Origin: an uncultured Eubacteriales bacterium
GTDB lineage: Bacteria; Bacillota; Clostridia; TANB77; RGIG9151
NCBI GenBank assembly: GCA_964478905.1
Contig: CAYZJZ010000004.1
Coordinates: forward strand, 1-20,692
Length of the DNA stretch: 20,692 bases
Direction: 5' to 3'
Below, piece by piece: positions 8,667 to 16,848 of this stretch. Every line of letters begins with the position of its first letter. The stretch's first letter is position 1. A program made the translations under genes and the position numbers. The notes below the pieces were generated by a model. It was not told where the DNA came from and did no database searches. It saw only the letters and a list, made by a program, of their open reading frames with translations.

Positions 8667-9422
8667 ATGTTAGATATATGCTCCCTCTTTAGTAGTAGTA
8701 AAGGGAATTGTACTTATGTCTTTTCTGATACAACTAAACTACTGGTCGATATAGGAATTAGTTCAAAACGCCTTACTGAGCGATTAATAAAAGATAATAT
8801 ACAGCCTGAAGAAATTCAGGCTATTTTAATCACACATGAACATTCAGATCATACAAAAGGAATACGCGTATTCTCAAAAAAGTTTAATGTTCCTGTGTTT
8901 GCAAGTGAAAAAACTTGGGGAACTTTGGTTTCATTAGAAATACCGGATAAATTAAAACATACTTTCTCTGTCGGAACAAGTTTTAAAATCGGGGACATCT
9001 GTATTAATCCATTTTCCATTCCTCACGATGCAATAGACCCTTGTGGCTTTAGTATGACCAGCGGTAAAAATAAAGTTACAGTAGCAACAGATATGGGACA
9101 TTTAACAAAAGACTTATTATATAACTTTGAAGCCAGTGACTCCATACTGCTTGAAGCTAATCACGATGTTGCTATGTTACGTTCAGGAAATTATCCATAT
9201 TTCTTAAAAGAGCGGGTAATAGGTAACTTCGGTCACTTATCCAATGCGCTTTCAGCTGAAGCTGTTGAATACTTAATAAAAAAAGGCACAAAGAAATTTA
9301 TTCTTGCGCATCTAAGTGAAGAAAACAACATACCTGAATTAGCGTTAGAAACTGTAAGAAGTAGACTTCTTACAAATAACATAGACTTATCCGACATCTC
9401 CATAGAAGTTGCAAAGCCATAG
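8667..9422 (+). CDS. yycJ: MBL-fold metallo-hydrolase, YycJ/WalJ-like
   Basis: Contains THEHSDHTKG (HxHxDH). ANHDVAMLRSGNYPYFLKERV, GHLSN and AHLSEENN closely parallel Bacillus YycJ as I recall it. Confidence 0.8.
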   Translation: MLDICSLFSSSKGNCTYVFSDTTKLLVDIGISSKRLTERLIKDNIQPEEIQAILITHEHSDHTKGIRVFSKKFNVPVFASEKTWGTLVSLEIPDKLKHTFSVGTSFKIGDICINPFSIPHDAIDPCGFSMTSGKNKVTVATDMGHLTKDLLYNFEASDSILLEANHDVAMLRSGNYPYFLKERVIGNFGHLSNALSAEAVEYLIKKGTKKFILAHLSEENNIPELALETVRSRLLTNNIDLSDISIEVAKP

Positions 9423-9453
9423 ATTTTTTATTCACCTTTTTCCAATTATTTTT

Positions 9454-9481
9454 GTATATATTTAGTCCTTTTGGAAATAAT
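9454..9481 (+). promoter_or_regulatory. Possible sporulation-type (sigma-F/G-like) promoter upstream of the coat gene pair; very tentative
   Basis: GTATA (9454-9458), a 14-nt spacer, and GGAAATAAT (9473-9481), which resembles the GYATA / GGnnAnAnT forespore promoter pattern. A weak sigma-A reading (TTCACC ... TATATA) is also possible. Confidence 0.2.
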
Positions 9482-9501
9482 CCTAATAAGAGGTGATAAT
9501 A

Positions 9502-9675
9502 ATGACAGATAAAGAACTTTTATATGTAGAAGATGCGTTAGGTCACGAAAAATTTATGGAAACAAGTAGTCAAAAAGCTTCCGTTCAACTTCAAGACCCA
9601 ACACTCTCAACATATATGGAACAACTCCAAACAAAGCACAATGAGCTTTACAACAAATTTTTAAACTTATTATAG
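9502..9675 (+). CDS. Small hypothetical protein (57 aa), partner of the Coat-F-like protein
   Basis: RBS AGGTGA lies 5-6 nt upstream of the ATG at 9502 (MTDKELLYVEDALGHE...). It is tightly linked to the next gene by a 9-nt gap. Confidence 0.6.
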   Translation: MTDKELLYVEDALGHEKFMETSSQKASVQLQDPTLSTYMEQLQTKHNELYNKFLNLL

Positions 9676-9684
9676 GAGGTTATT

Positions 9685-9927
9685 ATGGAAGACAGAAACT
9701 TAATAGAAGAACAATTATTAGTAATAAAAGGCGTATCTGACCTTTATATGCATGGTGCTATTGAATCTTCTACCGCAGAAGTACATTCAGCATTTAAAGA
9801 CGCTTTAAATGAAACCTTAGACATTCAAAATAAGATTTATAATCTTATGAGCGAAAAAGGTTGGTATAAAACAGAAACAGTAGCTCAAAACAAAATCGAC
9901 ACTACAAAACAAAAATTCTTAAATTAA
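9685..9927 (+). CDS. Coat F domain (spore coat protein F-like) protein
   Basis: LLVIKGVSDLYMHGAIESSTAEVHSAFKDAL...IQNKIYNLMSEKGWY matches the four-helix Coat_F pattern ending in the conserved GWY. RBS GGAGG. Confidence 0.7.
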   Translation: MEDRNLIEEQLLVIKGVSDLYMHGAIESSTAEVHSAFKDALNETLDIQNKIYNLMSEKGWYKTETVAQNKIDTTKQKFLN

Positions 9928-9940
9928 CTTTTTAAAACTT

Positions 9941-9985
9941 TTCGGGGAAGATACATTCAGTATCCTCCCCGAATTTTATTTTTTG
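9941..9985. terminator. Rho-independent terminator between the convergent coat operon and the minus-strand cluster
   Basis: A 14-bp stem, TTCGGGGAAGATAC (9941-9954) pairing with GTATCCTCCCCGAA (9960-9973), with one mismatch, followed by TTTTATTTTTT. Confidence 0.75.
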
Positions 9986-10037
9986 CCACCAGGAATTATC
10001 TTTGAAGAAAAATTTAAGTGACATTAAATCTCATCTC

Positions 10038-10469
10038 TTAGTAAAGTTTCAATATAAGAAAAATTCCAAAAATAAACGCAATAAGTTCGCATAAAATCAA
10101 ACTTCTTTTAATTCTATCCGTTTTTCTTCTATGTCTTGCAAAATTCAAAATAATGCTCATAGTACAAACACATATACAAACAATGGTAACTACCAAAGAA
10201 ATTTTTAGTAAATTCGCTCTCCAAAATTCAATAGGTAGCCAAAGCAATTGGTTTTTATTAATATATGCCACACTTCGACCGGCTTTAGTTATTATGGCCA
10301 AAACTATAAACAAAGCTCCCCACAGCCAAAAGCTCATCAAATTTATAAACTTTAAAATTCCATCGTCGCCCTTTCTTCTCTCCGGCGGTATAATAACTTC
10401 TCTTTCATTTTGATCTAATGACTTTTTTATCAAATTAGCTTGTATTTCATCAAACTCAGATCTATTCAT
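10038..10469 (-). CDS. Small polytopic membrane protein (143 aa), function unknown
   Basis: A charged N-terminal ~40 aa is followed by 3-4 hydrophobic helices. Its ATG shares a base with the stop of the upstream SLH gene (TAATG overlap at 10467-10471), implying translational coupling. Confidence 0.7.
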   Translation of the reverse strand: MNRSEFDEIQANLIKKSLDQNEREVIIPPERRKGDDGILKFINLMSFWLWGALFIVLAIITKAGRSVAYINKNQLLWLPIEFWRANLLKISLVVTIVCICVCTMSIILNFARHRRKTDRIKRSLILCELIAFIFGIFLILKLY

Positions 10470-11011
10470 TATTTCTCACCTTTTATTTTTACATTCATAC
10501 TATTTACTAACATAACACTTACTTCTCCTCTTGTCATAAGATGAGAAGACTCCATATTTTCTAACTCAACATTTAGCTTTAAATCATGAGCCTTATTCAT
10601 CACGTTAGTAGGCCAAGCTCCCTCTATTTCATCGCTATATCCAAGTAAATTTACCAATATCGAACAACATTCAGCATAAGTAATATTATTAGACGGTCTA
10701 AAAGTACCATCTTCATATCCCTTTAAGAAACCTAATTCAGCCGCTCTATTTATAACACCATATGCCCAATGATTTTCCGCAACATCAGAAAATCTACTCT
10801 TTTCAGGAGCTTGATTTTTTCCTATCATTCTTATTATTATAGAACAAAACTCTGCTCTTGTAATATTATTCTCAAGTTGTAGTGTCCCATCAGGATAACC
10901 ATTTAATAGTTTCATTTTTACCAACACATCAGCCGAATCTTCTACAACTCCGGCAAACGAATATGTAAACATTAGCATTACAATTAAAAAACTGCAAATA
11001 ATTTTTCGCAT
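10469..11011 (-). CDS. Secreted S-layer-homology (SLH) domain protein consisting only of a signal peptide plus three SLH motifs
   Basis: Signal peptide MRKIICSFLIVMLMFTYSFA. Canonical SLH motif FSDVAENHWAYGVINRAAELGFLKGYEDGTFRPSNNITYAE, flanked by two further SLH-like motifs (GYPDGTLQLENNITRAEF and HLMTRGEVSVML). RBS GAGGATGTGA. Confidence 0.82.
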   Translation of the reverse strand: MRKIICSFLIVMLMFTYSFAGVVEDSADVLVKMKLLNGYPDGTLQLENNITRAEFCSIIIRMIGKNQAPEKSRFSDVAENHWAYGVINRAAELGFLKGYEDGTFRPSNNITYAECCSILVNLLGYSDEIEGAWPTNVMNKAHDLKLNVELENMESSHLMTRGEVSVMLVNSMNVKIKGEK

Positions 11012-11031
11012 AAAATCACATCCTCAAATTT

Positions 11032-11060
11032 ATATTACTATTTTCAAAATTTCGAGTCAA
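11032..11060 (-). promoter_or_regulatory. Candidate internal sigma-A promoter for the SLH / membrane protein pair
   Basis: On the minus strand: -35 TTGACT (11055-11060), a 17-nt spacer, and -10 TAATAT (11032-11037), in the 62-nt gap after the AAA+ gene. Confidence 0.5.
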
Positions 11061-11073
11061 TGGAAATTATTGA

Positions 11074-14000
11074 TTACATCTGTTCTATATCTTGAGCTTC
11101 TATATAAGTTAATATCTCTTGAGTAAATTCTGCACTTTGTGAAATTCTAACAGCTTGGTTACTTACAGCTCTTTCAAATATATTTCTAACATATCTTCCA
11201 TTACCAAATTTATAATTCCCACGAGCATTATCAAGAACCTCAATTAACTTATTAACAGCATCATTCGAAAGTTTATATCCGTTACTTTCAAACATTTTAG
11301 TACCAATTTCAACAAGCTCCTCCAAGTTATAATCCTGAAACTCAACAACATTCGGGAAACGTGACTTAAGACCTGGATTTATATCTAAAAAGTCTTGCAT
11401 TTCCTTCGTATATCCAGCAAGAATTACAACTAAATTATCCCTATTATCATCCATCAATTTTAATAGTGTATCAATAGACTCTTTGCCAAAATCATTTTGT
11501 CCACCTTGAGACAATGTATATGCTTCATCAACAAACAAAACTCCACCCAAAGCTTCTTTAACTTTTTCAGTAGTCTTTATCGCAGTTTGCCCAACGTACC
11601 CGGCAACCATACCGGCTCTATCAGTTTCAACAACCTTACTTTGTTTTATTATCCCTAAATTATATAATAAATTCGCAACAGCTCTAGCCATCATAGTTTT
11701 TCCTGTCCCGGGATTACCTGTAAATATCATATGAAGCGTTTGAGTATTATTAACAATAAGTCCGGCTTTTTTTCTCTCTTGCATTACTTTTATTCTCGCA
11801 GCCAAAGCTCGAATATAGTTTTTCACAGTTTCAAGTCCGACAATCTTATCAAACTCTTCTTCATAATTAAATTCCTTTTTCTCCAGTTCTTCAATTTCAC
11901 CTAAATCCTCAATTAAAACTTTATTTATTTCTTCTGTCGTGACATCATTTTTAACAATTCTATCACTTTGATTTCTCAATATCTCATCAACAAAGTTCCT
12001 AACCATTCTTCCGTTACCGGATGATGCAGTTGCGTTTTTATGCATATCCTTAATCTTTTCAAACGCTATCCCTTTTGCATCATTATCCAAAACAAAACCT
12101 TTAGAAACAATCATAAGATTAAATATATCAAATAATTCCTCAGCAGAATAGTCAGGGAAATCAATAGAAATAGGGAATCTCGATTCAAGCCCTGAATTAG
12201 CATTCAAAAATTCTTTCATTTCTTTTTTATAACCAGCAAGAATAACAACAATTTCTCCTTTATAATCTTCAACAAGTTTTACTAAAGTATCTATTGCCTC
12301 ACGTCCAAAACTATCTCCATCAGACGCCAAAGCATATGCCTCATCTATAAACAAAACTCCGCCCAATGCATCTTTAAAAACTTCGGTAGTCTTTATCGCA
12401 GTTTGTCCAACATATTCAGCTACTAGCTTTGATCTATCAGCTTCAATCAGTTGTCCACCCTTTAATACTCCCATCTCTTTTAACATATTAGCAGTTATTC
12501 TGGCAACCGTCGTTTTTCCTGTTCCGGGATTTCCCGTATATATCATATTTAACGACTGAGAAGTATCAACAACAATTCCGGCTTCCTTTCTTTTTTGTTG
12601 AGCCTTCAATACATTATATTGTTTCCGTAAAAAATCTTTTACATTTTCAAGCCCTATTACCTTATTTAGTTCACTTTCAAGATCAAATTCTTCCTTTTCC
12701 TCAAGCTCAAAATCAGATAACTTAAGCAACTCATAATCAGTTTCATTTTCTTCATTTATCCTTTTGGACTGGTTTAAAATTGCTTTTTCAACCATATTTC
12801 TAGCCAATCTTCCATTTCCAGTATCATTTCTTCCTTTTATATTCTTCCCCTCAAAATAAGTTATAAGCGGTTCTATACAACTATTGTCTATTACATATTG
12901 GTTAGACACAGCAATTTCATTAGCAATTCTATACATTTCCTCCGGTGTATAATCAGGAAATTCAATATTATTCGGGAACCTCGATTTAAGTCCGGGATTA
13001 CTTTTTAAGAACTCTTGCATTTCATTGGTATATCCGGCAAGAATAACAACTAAATTATCTTTATTGTCTTCCATCATTTTTACCAAAGTGTCAATAGCCT
13101 CAAGTCCAAAACTATCATTCTTATCTCGGTTTAAAGCATACGCCTCATCTATAAATAAAACTCCACCAAGAGCAGAATTTACTTTCTCCGTCGTCTTTTT
13201 AGCAGTTTCTCCAAGATGCTCACCAACTAAATCTCCACGACTAACTTCTACAAATTGCCCCTTAGATAAAATTCCAAGCGCAGCTAAAAATTCAGAAACT
13301 AATCTCGCAATAGTAGTTTTACCAGTGCCGGGATTACCTGAAAAAATCATATTCATAGAAATAGCAGCCGTCTTTAATCCGGCTTCCTCTCTAAGCTTTC
13401 TTGTCGTCATAGTATCTTCAAGCTTTAATACATATTCCTTTACCGAATCAAGTCCAATAATTTTATTTAATTTGTGCTTTACTTCTTCAAGATTTATATT
13501 CTTTTCTTTATGATTAAATTTTTGAAGTGAAATCAAATTATCTTCAACCAAAATTACAATCTCATTTTCAACAGCACCTAAAACCACTTCCGTATCCAAA
13601 GGCGCAGTTCTCTTTAATTTAAACTCCGTAAGAGGACGATAAATATTTCTATCCATCCATAAATTCAAACCATTTAACCCGGTTCTTTTGGTATAAACAT
13701 TTCTTAAAAAATCAATCAACATCCTATCGTATGTAAGTGGAATTGATAATTCAGCCCTCGCCTTTAACACCATCGTATTTATCAAGCTTTGAATCATCTT
13801 TAATATATCTTCTTCACTTAACTCATCAATAGTTAATACATCAATAACTTTCTCAAAAGCATCTTCACCGAAAAATGGTATAAATTCCTCTACATTTCCG
13901 GAAGAAATTAAAACAAAATATTTATTATTAGAATTAACAACAATATTACCATTATTAGTAGGAATTACGCAGTTCCCTTTTTTTATGATTTCAGCAATTG

Positions 14001-14955
14001 TTTTCCTCACATTGCTATTTCCGGCTTTAAAATCTTTAAAAACAATTATTTCTGTTGAACTATTAAGTATATTCATCAATTCAGCTACAAATTGACCAAA
14101 TGTGCTATCTTCATTATATAAACTCAAATCAATAAATACTTCTTTACCTTGAATTAAAGTTTCTTCAAACATCAACTTCGCAATTTCTGAAATCATAGAA
14201 CTTACAAATACGCTTTCAGAAGTTAATACACAAATAGTATTTTTTAAAAGATTAGGAGCAGTCTCAATTACAAAAGGTCTTTTAAACGCAACAAGTAAGT
14301 TAGTTAAAAACTCACTTTGCCCTAAAAAATTTCCAACAACTTTTTGATTTATTTTATTAAAAGTCTCATCTATATCAATCTTTTTTACTTCTTCTTTCGT
14401 TTTCTCAGGCTTAAATAAAGCATTTATTCTATCTTCCGTATACTCAAAAGTAGTTTTATAAAAGTCTAATATTTTTTGTTGCTCATCATTTATAGAATTA
14501 CCAATAGACGCAACCGAATAGAACAAGTAAAATAAATTATCCTCAGCCTTTTCTTGTTCTTGCATTAATCTATCCGAATATATCATATCTAAAAGTTTTT
14601 TTAGCGCAACAATACTATCCTTGTATGTATTTTTGCTAATTCCGAAAAAAGTTTTTTTCTCAGAACTGTACAAGTTAAGAATATCTTTATACTGAAGTCT
14701 CGTTAGCTGTTCATTTTTTATAAAGCTATCCACAACTTGATCACATTTATCAATATTTTCCTCGCTATGTCTAGCAATATTTCCAAAAACAGAAACAATA
14801 TAGCAAAGCATTTCCGGAGCAATTTCCTCAGACTTATAAACTTTATTATTTCTATATCGAAATTCATTTTTACAATAAGGACATATTAAAGTGTTACCGC
14901 CCTTTTCCATTCCCATAGTTCTATTACAATACGGACAAGTTATTGATTTCGGCAT
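11074..14955 (-). CDS. Giant multi-AAA+ ATPase: N-terminal zinc ribbon, helical (TerB-like?) region, degenerate Clp-D2-like AAA domain, and three tandem CbbX/SpoVK/EccA-type AAA+ modules
   Basis: CPYC-x14-CPYC at aa 7-29. Walker A GNPGTGKT occurs three times (aa 540, 809, 1080), and each copy is followed by GGVLF(I/V)DEAY (Walker B). Each is also followed by VVILAGY..EM..FL..N.GL.SRFP...F.DY and a GNGR..RN sensor-type motif, the hallmark layout of the CbbX/SpoVK family. RBS AAGGAGG. Confidence 0.9.
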   Translation of the reverse strand: MPKSITCPYCNRTMGMEKGGNTLICPYCKNEFRYRNNKVYKSEEIAPEMLCYIVSVFGNIARHSEENIDKCDQVVDSFIKNEQLTRLQYKDILNLYSSEKKTFFGISKNTYKDSIVALKKLLDMIYSDRLMQEQEKAEDNLFYLFYSVASIGNSINDEQQKILDFYKTTFEYTEDRINALFKPEKTKEEVKKIDIDETFNKINQKVVGNFLGQSEFLTNLLVAFKRPFVIETAPNLLKNTICVLTSESVFVSSMISEIAKLMFEETLIQGKEVFIDLSLYNEDSTFGQFVAELMNILNSSTEIIVFKDFKAGNSNVRKTIAEIIKKGNCVIPTNNGNIVVNSNNKYFVLISSGNVEEFIPFFGEDAFEKVIDVLTIDELSEEDILKMIQSLINTMVLKARAELSIPLTYDRMLIDFLRNVYTKRTGLNGLNLWMDRNIYRPLTEFKLKRTAPLDTEVVLGAVENEIVILVEDNLISLQKFNHKEKNINLEEVKHKLNKIIGLDSVKEYVLKLEDTMTTRKLREEAGLKTAAISMNMIFSGNPGTGKTTIARLVSEFLAALGILSKGQFVEVSRGDLVGEHLGETAKKTTEKVNSALGGVLFIDEAYALNRDKNDSFGLEAIDTLVKMMEDNKDNLVVILAGYTNEMQEFLKSNPGLKSRFPNNIEFPDYTPEEMYRIANEIAVSNQYVIDNSCIEPLITYFEGKNIKGRNDTGNGRLARNMVEKAILNQSKRINEENETDYELLKLSDFELEEKEEFDLESELNKVIGLENVKDFLRKQYNVLKAQQKRKEAGIVVDTSQSLNMIYTGNPGTGKTTVARITANMLKEMGVLKGGQLIEADRSKLVAEYVGQTAIKTTEVFKDALGGVLFIDEAYALASDGDSFGREAIDTLVKLVEDYKGEIVVILAGYKKEMKEFLNANSGLESRFPISIDFPDYSAEELFDIFNLMIVSKGFVLDNDAKGIAFEKIKDMHKNATASSGNGRMVRNFVDEILRNQSDRIVKNDVTTEEINKVLIEDLGEIEELEKKEFNYEEEFDKIVGLETVKNYIRALAARIKVMQERKKAGLIVNNTQTLHMIFTGNPGTGKTMMARAVANLLYNLGIIKQSKVVETDRAGMVAGYVGQTAIKTTEKVKEALGGVLFVDEAYTLSQGGQNDFGKESIDTLLKLMDDNRDNLVVILAGYTKEMQDFLDINPGLKSRFPNVVEFQDYNLEELVEIGTKMFESNGYKLSNDAVNKLIEVLDNARGNYKFGNGRYVRNIFERAVSNQAVRISQSAEFTQEILTYIEAQDIEQM
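11131..13473 (-). repeat. Three tandem paralogous coding modules of about 0.8 kb (AAA+ modules 1-3) inside the giant ATPase gene
   Basis: Module 1 is about 12751-13473, module 2 about 11941-12672, and module 3 about 11131-11859. DNA-level echoes are visible, for example CTCATCTATAAA(C/T)AAAACTCC near 12340 and 13141, and GTAGTCTTTATCGCAGTTTG(C/T)CCAAC near 11570 and 12388. Confidence 0.7.
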
Positions 14956-15018
14956 TCTTACGCCTCCTTAAAAATTCTACTCCGAATATTTAAATCGGCA
15001 TTTTTAAACAAATCTTAA

Positions 15019-16848
15019 CTATTCCATATCTTTTCTATCAGTAGTAATCAACTTATATTCTTCTTTATTAGCTTCAATTTTCGCCATAATATGATTTTTT
15101 CCGGCAATAAGCAATCCATTTCCTCTTTGTAAAGTTTTTATTTTTATTTCTTCTTCAGTCGATAAATTCACCACATCTTTCAATATCTTACTGTCTTCTT
15201 CTTCAACTTGCAAAATAAATTTCAATGTTGAATTATTTATAATTGCCCTTCCGTATTTTCCACCCTCAAAATCAAAAAAATCCGCAACATCTTGAGTTAT
15301 AGCTGTAGCTCCTCCACCAAATTTTCGTATGGTTTTAAAAATTTTATACACAAACTCAGCAGTATATAAATTCCCTGTACTCCCGATAAGTCTCCAAATT
15401 TCGTCCATATATATAACTTTTTTCTCAGCTCTGTTTTCACAAATTTTATCCCAAAACAAATCCACAATTATATACATACAAATAGGCATATATCTTTCTT
15501 CAAGCTGATGAATATCAGCCACAATTAATTTATTATTAAAATCAACATTAGTACGCCTATTTAAAAAAGACAAACTTCCAAAAATATAAGGCTTTAATAA
15601 AACAGATAATCTTTTTGTTTTATCATCGCTATCAAGTTCATAATATAAATCTTCTAAAATCGGCATATCCTCAGCACTTTTAAAACGCTTTTTTATACTT
15701 ATTTTTTCACATTCTTTATATAGAGTATCATCATCAAAAGTTATTCCAAATTTTAAATAACAATTAATTAACTTTTCCTCTAAAAAAACTTCTTCCTCAT
15801 TTGTCATTTCTCCAAATACCAAACTAAAAAACGTCTTCAATTTTTTTAATTTACTACTCAAATAGCCTCCATTTTCCTCCAAAGCACATTCCCTAATATC
15901 CATAACATTTATAAATGTACTCGACAACGAATTAACATTTATATACAAACCATTTAACGCTTTACATACTTTAGAATATTCTCCATCAGGATCAACAACA
16001 AATTGCCGTATGCCCATATATCTATTCCTTAAAATCATTAATTTAACAAAAAACGATTTACCAGCTCCGCTAGTCCCAAGTACACACATATTCGCATTTT
16101 TATATTTTGAACTATCAAATCTATCTATTATTATAAGAGACTTACTTTGGGAATTTTGACCTATTAAAATTCCTTCTACATCATACAATTCGGTGGAAAT
16201 AAACGGATATGTGCTAGATAGCGATTCAGTTAATACATTTTTAACAGCAGCTTCTTTAATATCTCTATCGTTATTACATACAGGTAACATAGAAGAAAAA
16301 ACTTGTTCTTGTCTAAAAATCGCTCTCCTCGTTTGTAGACCCATTGAAGCACAAATCGCCTCTAATCTTTCTAAGTTAATTTTTAATTGCTCAAAATCTT
16401 TTTCATATACCATACAATACATACATAAATGATATAACTCCTCTTTATTTACTTGAATTTGGTTTCTTATGTATTTAGCATCTTCATATGAGCTTTTTAT
16501 TATATCTATGTCCTGTTGATTTTGGCTTACAGTTTTTAACGCGCCACCCATATCTCCTATATGATATGTTATCTCTCTAATAACCTTCCCGGACTCAAGC
16601 TTTTCATAGAAAATACTCATATCCACATTAAAATCCAATGAAATAAGCGGGGAAAGCCAATTTACCCTCTGTTCCTTAGGATAATTAACAATAATTAAAC
16701 CGGAGTAAAAAAAATTATCCATCTCAAAATAACTGGGATTACTAAAATTCATAACATCCGGAAGTATAAAATCCAACATATCGTTTTTACAAAATCCAAA
16801 TTTATTTAATTCCTCATAATTTTTTATTTTTATATTTTTATTTTTCAT
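15019..16848 (-). CDS. VirB4/TrsE/Orf16-like type IV secretion ATPase (C-terminal ATPase portion)
   Basis: Walker A LGTSGAGKSF (aa 257-266, nt about 16054-16077), Walker B VIYMDEIWRL, and ATAITQD. The N-terminal PDVMNF..YFEMDNFFYSGLIIVNYPKEQRVNWLSPLI matches the 'gyP..v..gWl..L' region typical of Gram-positive conjugative VirB4 proteins. Confidence 0.82.
   Translation of the reverse strand: MKNKNIKIKNYEELNKFGFCKNDMLDFILPDVMNFSNPSYFEMDNFFYSGLIIVNYPKEQRVNWLSPLISLDFNVDMSIFYEKLESGKVIREITYHIGDMGGALKTVSQNQQDIDIIKSSYEDAKYIRNQIQVNKEELYHLCMYCMVYEKDFEQLKINLERLEAICASMGLQTRRAIFRQEQVFSSMLPVCNNDRDIKEAAVKNVLTESLSSTYPFISTELYDVEGILIGQNSQSKSLIIIDRFDSSKYKNANMCVLGTSGAGKSFFVKLMILRNRYMGIRQFVVDPDGEYSKVCKALNGLYINVNSLSSTFINVMDIRECALEENGGYLSSKLKKLKTFFSLVFGEMTNEEEVFLEEKLINCYLKFGITFDDDTLYKECEKISIKKRFKSAEDMPILEDLYYELDSDDKTKRLSVLLKPYIFGSLSFLNRRTNVDFNNKLIVADIHQLEERYMPICMYIIVDLFWDKICENRAEKKVIYMDEIWRLIGSTGNLYTAEFVYKIFKTIRKFGGGATAITQDVADFFDFEGGKYGRAIINNSTLKFILQVEEEDSKILKDVVNLSTEEEIKIKTLQRGNGLLIAGKNHIMAKIEANKEEYKLITTDRKDME

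Noticed and set aside
14956-15018. Terminator between the VirB4-like gene and the giant AAA+ gene
   Set aside because: Only a 4-bp CCGA/TCGG stem is present, with no U-tract. I therefore treat the two genes as probably co-transcribed rather than calling a terminator.
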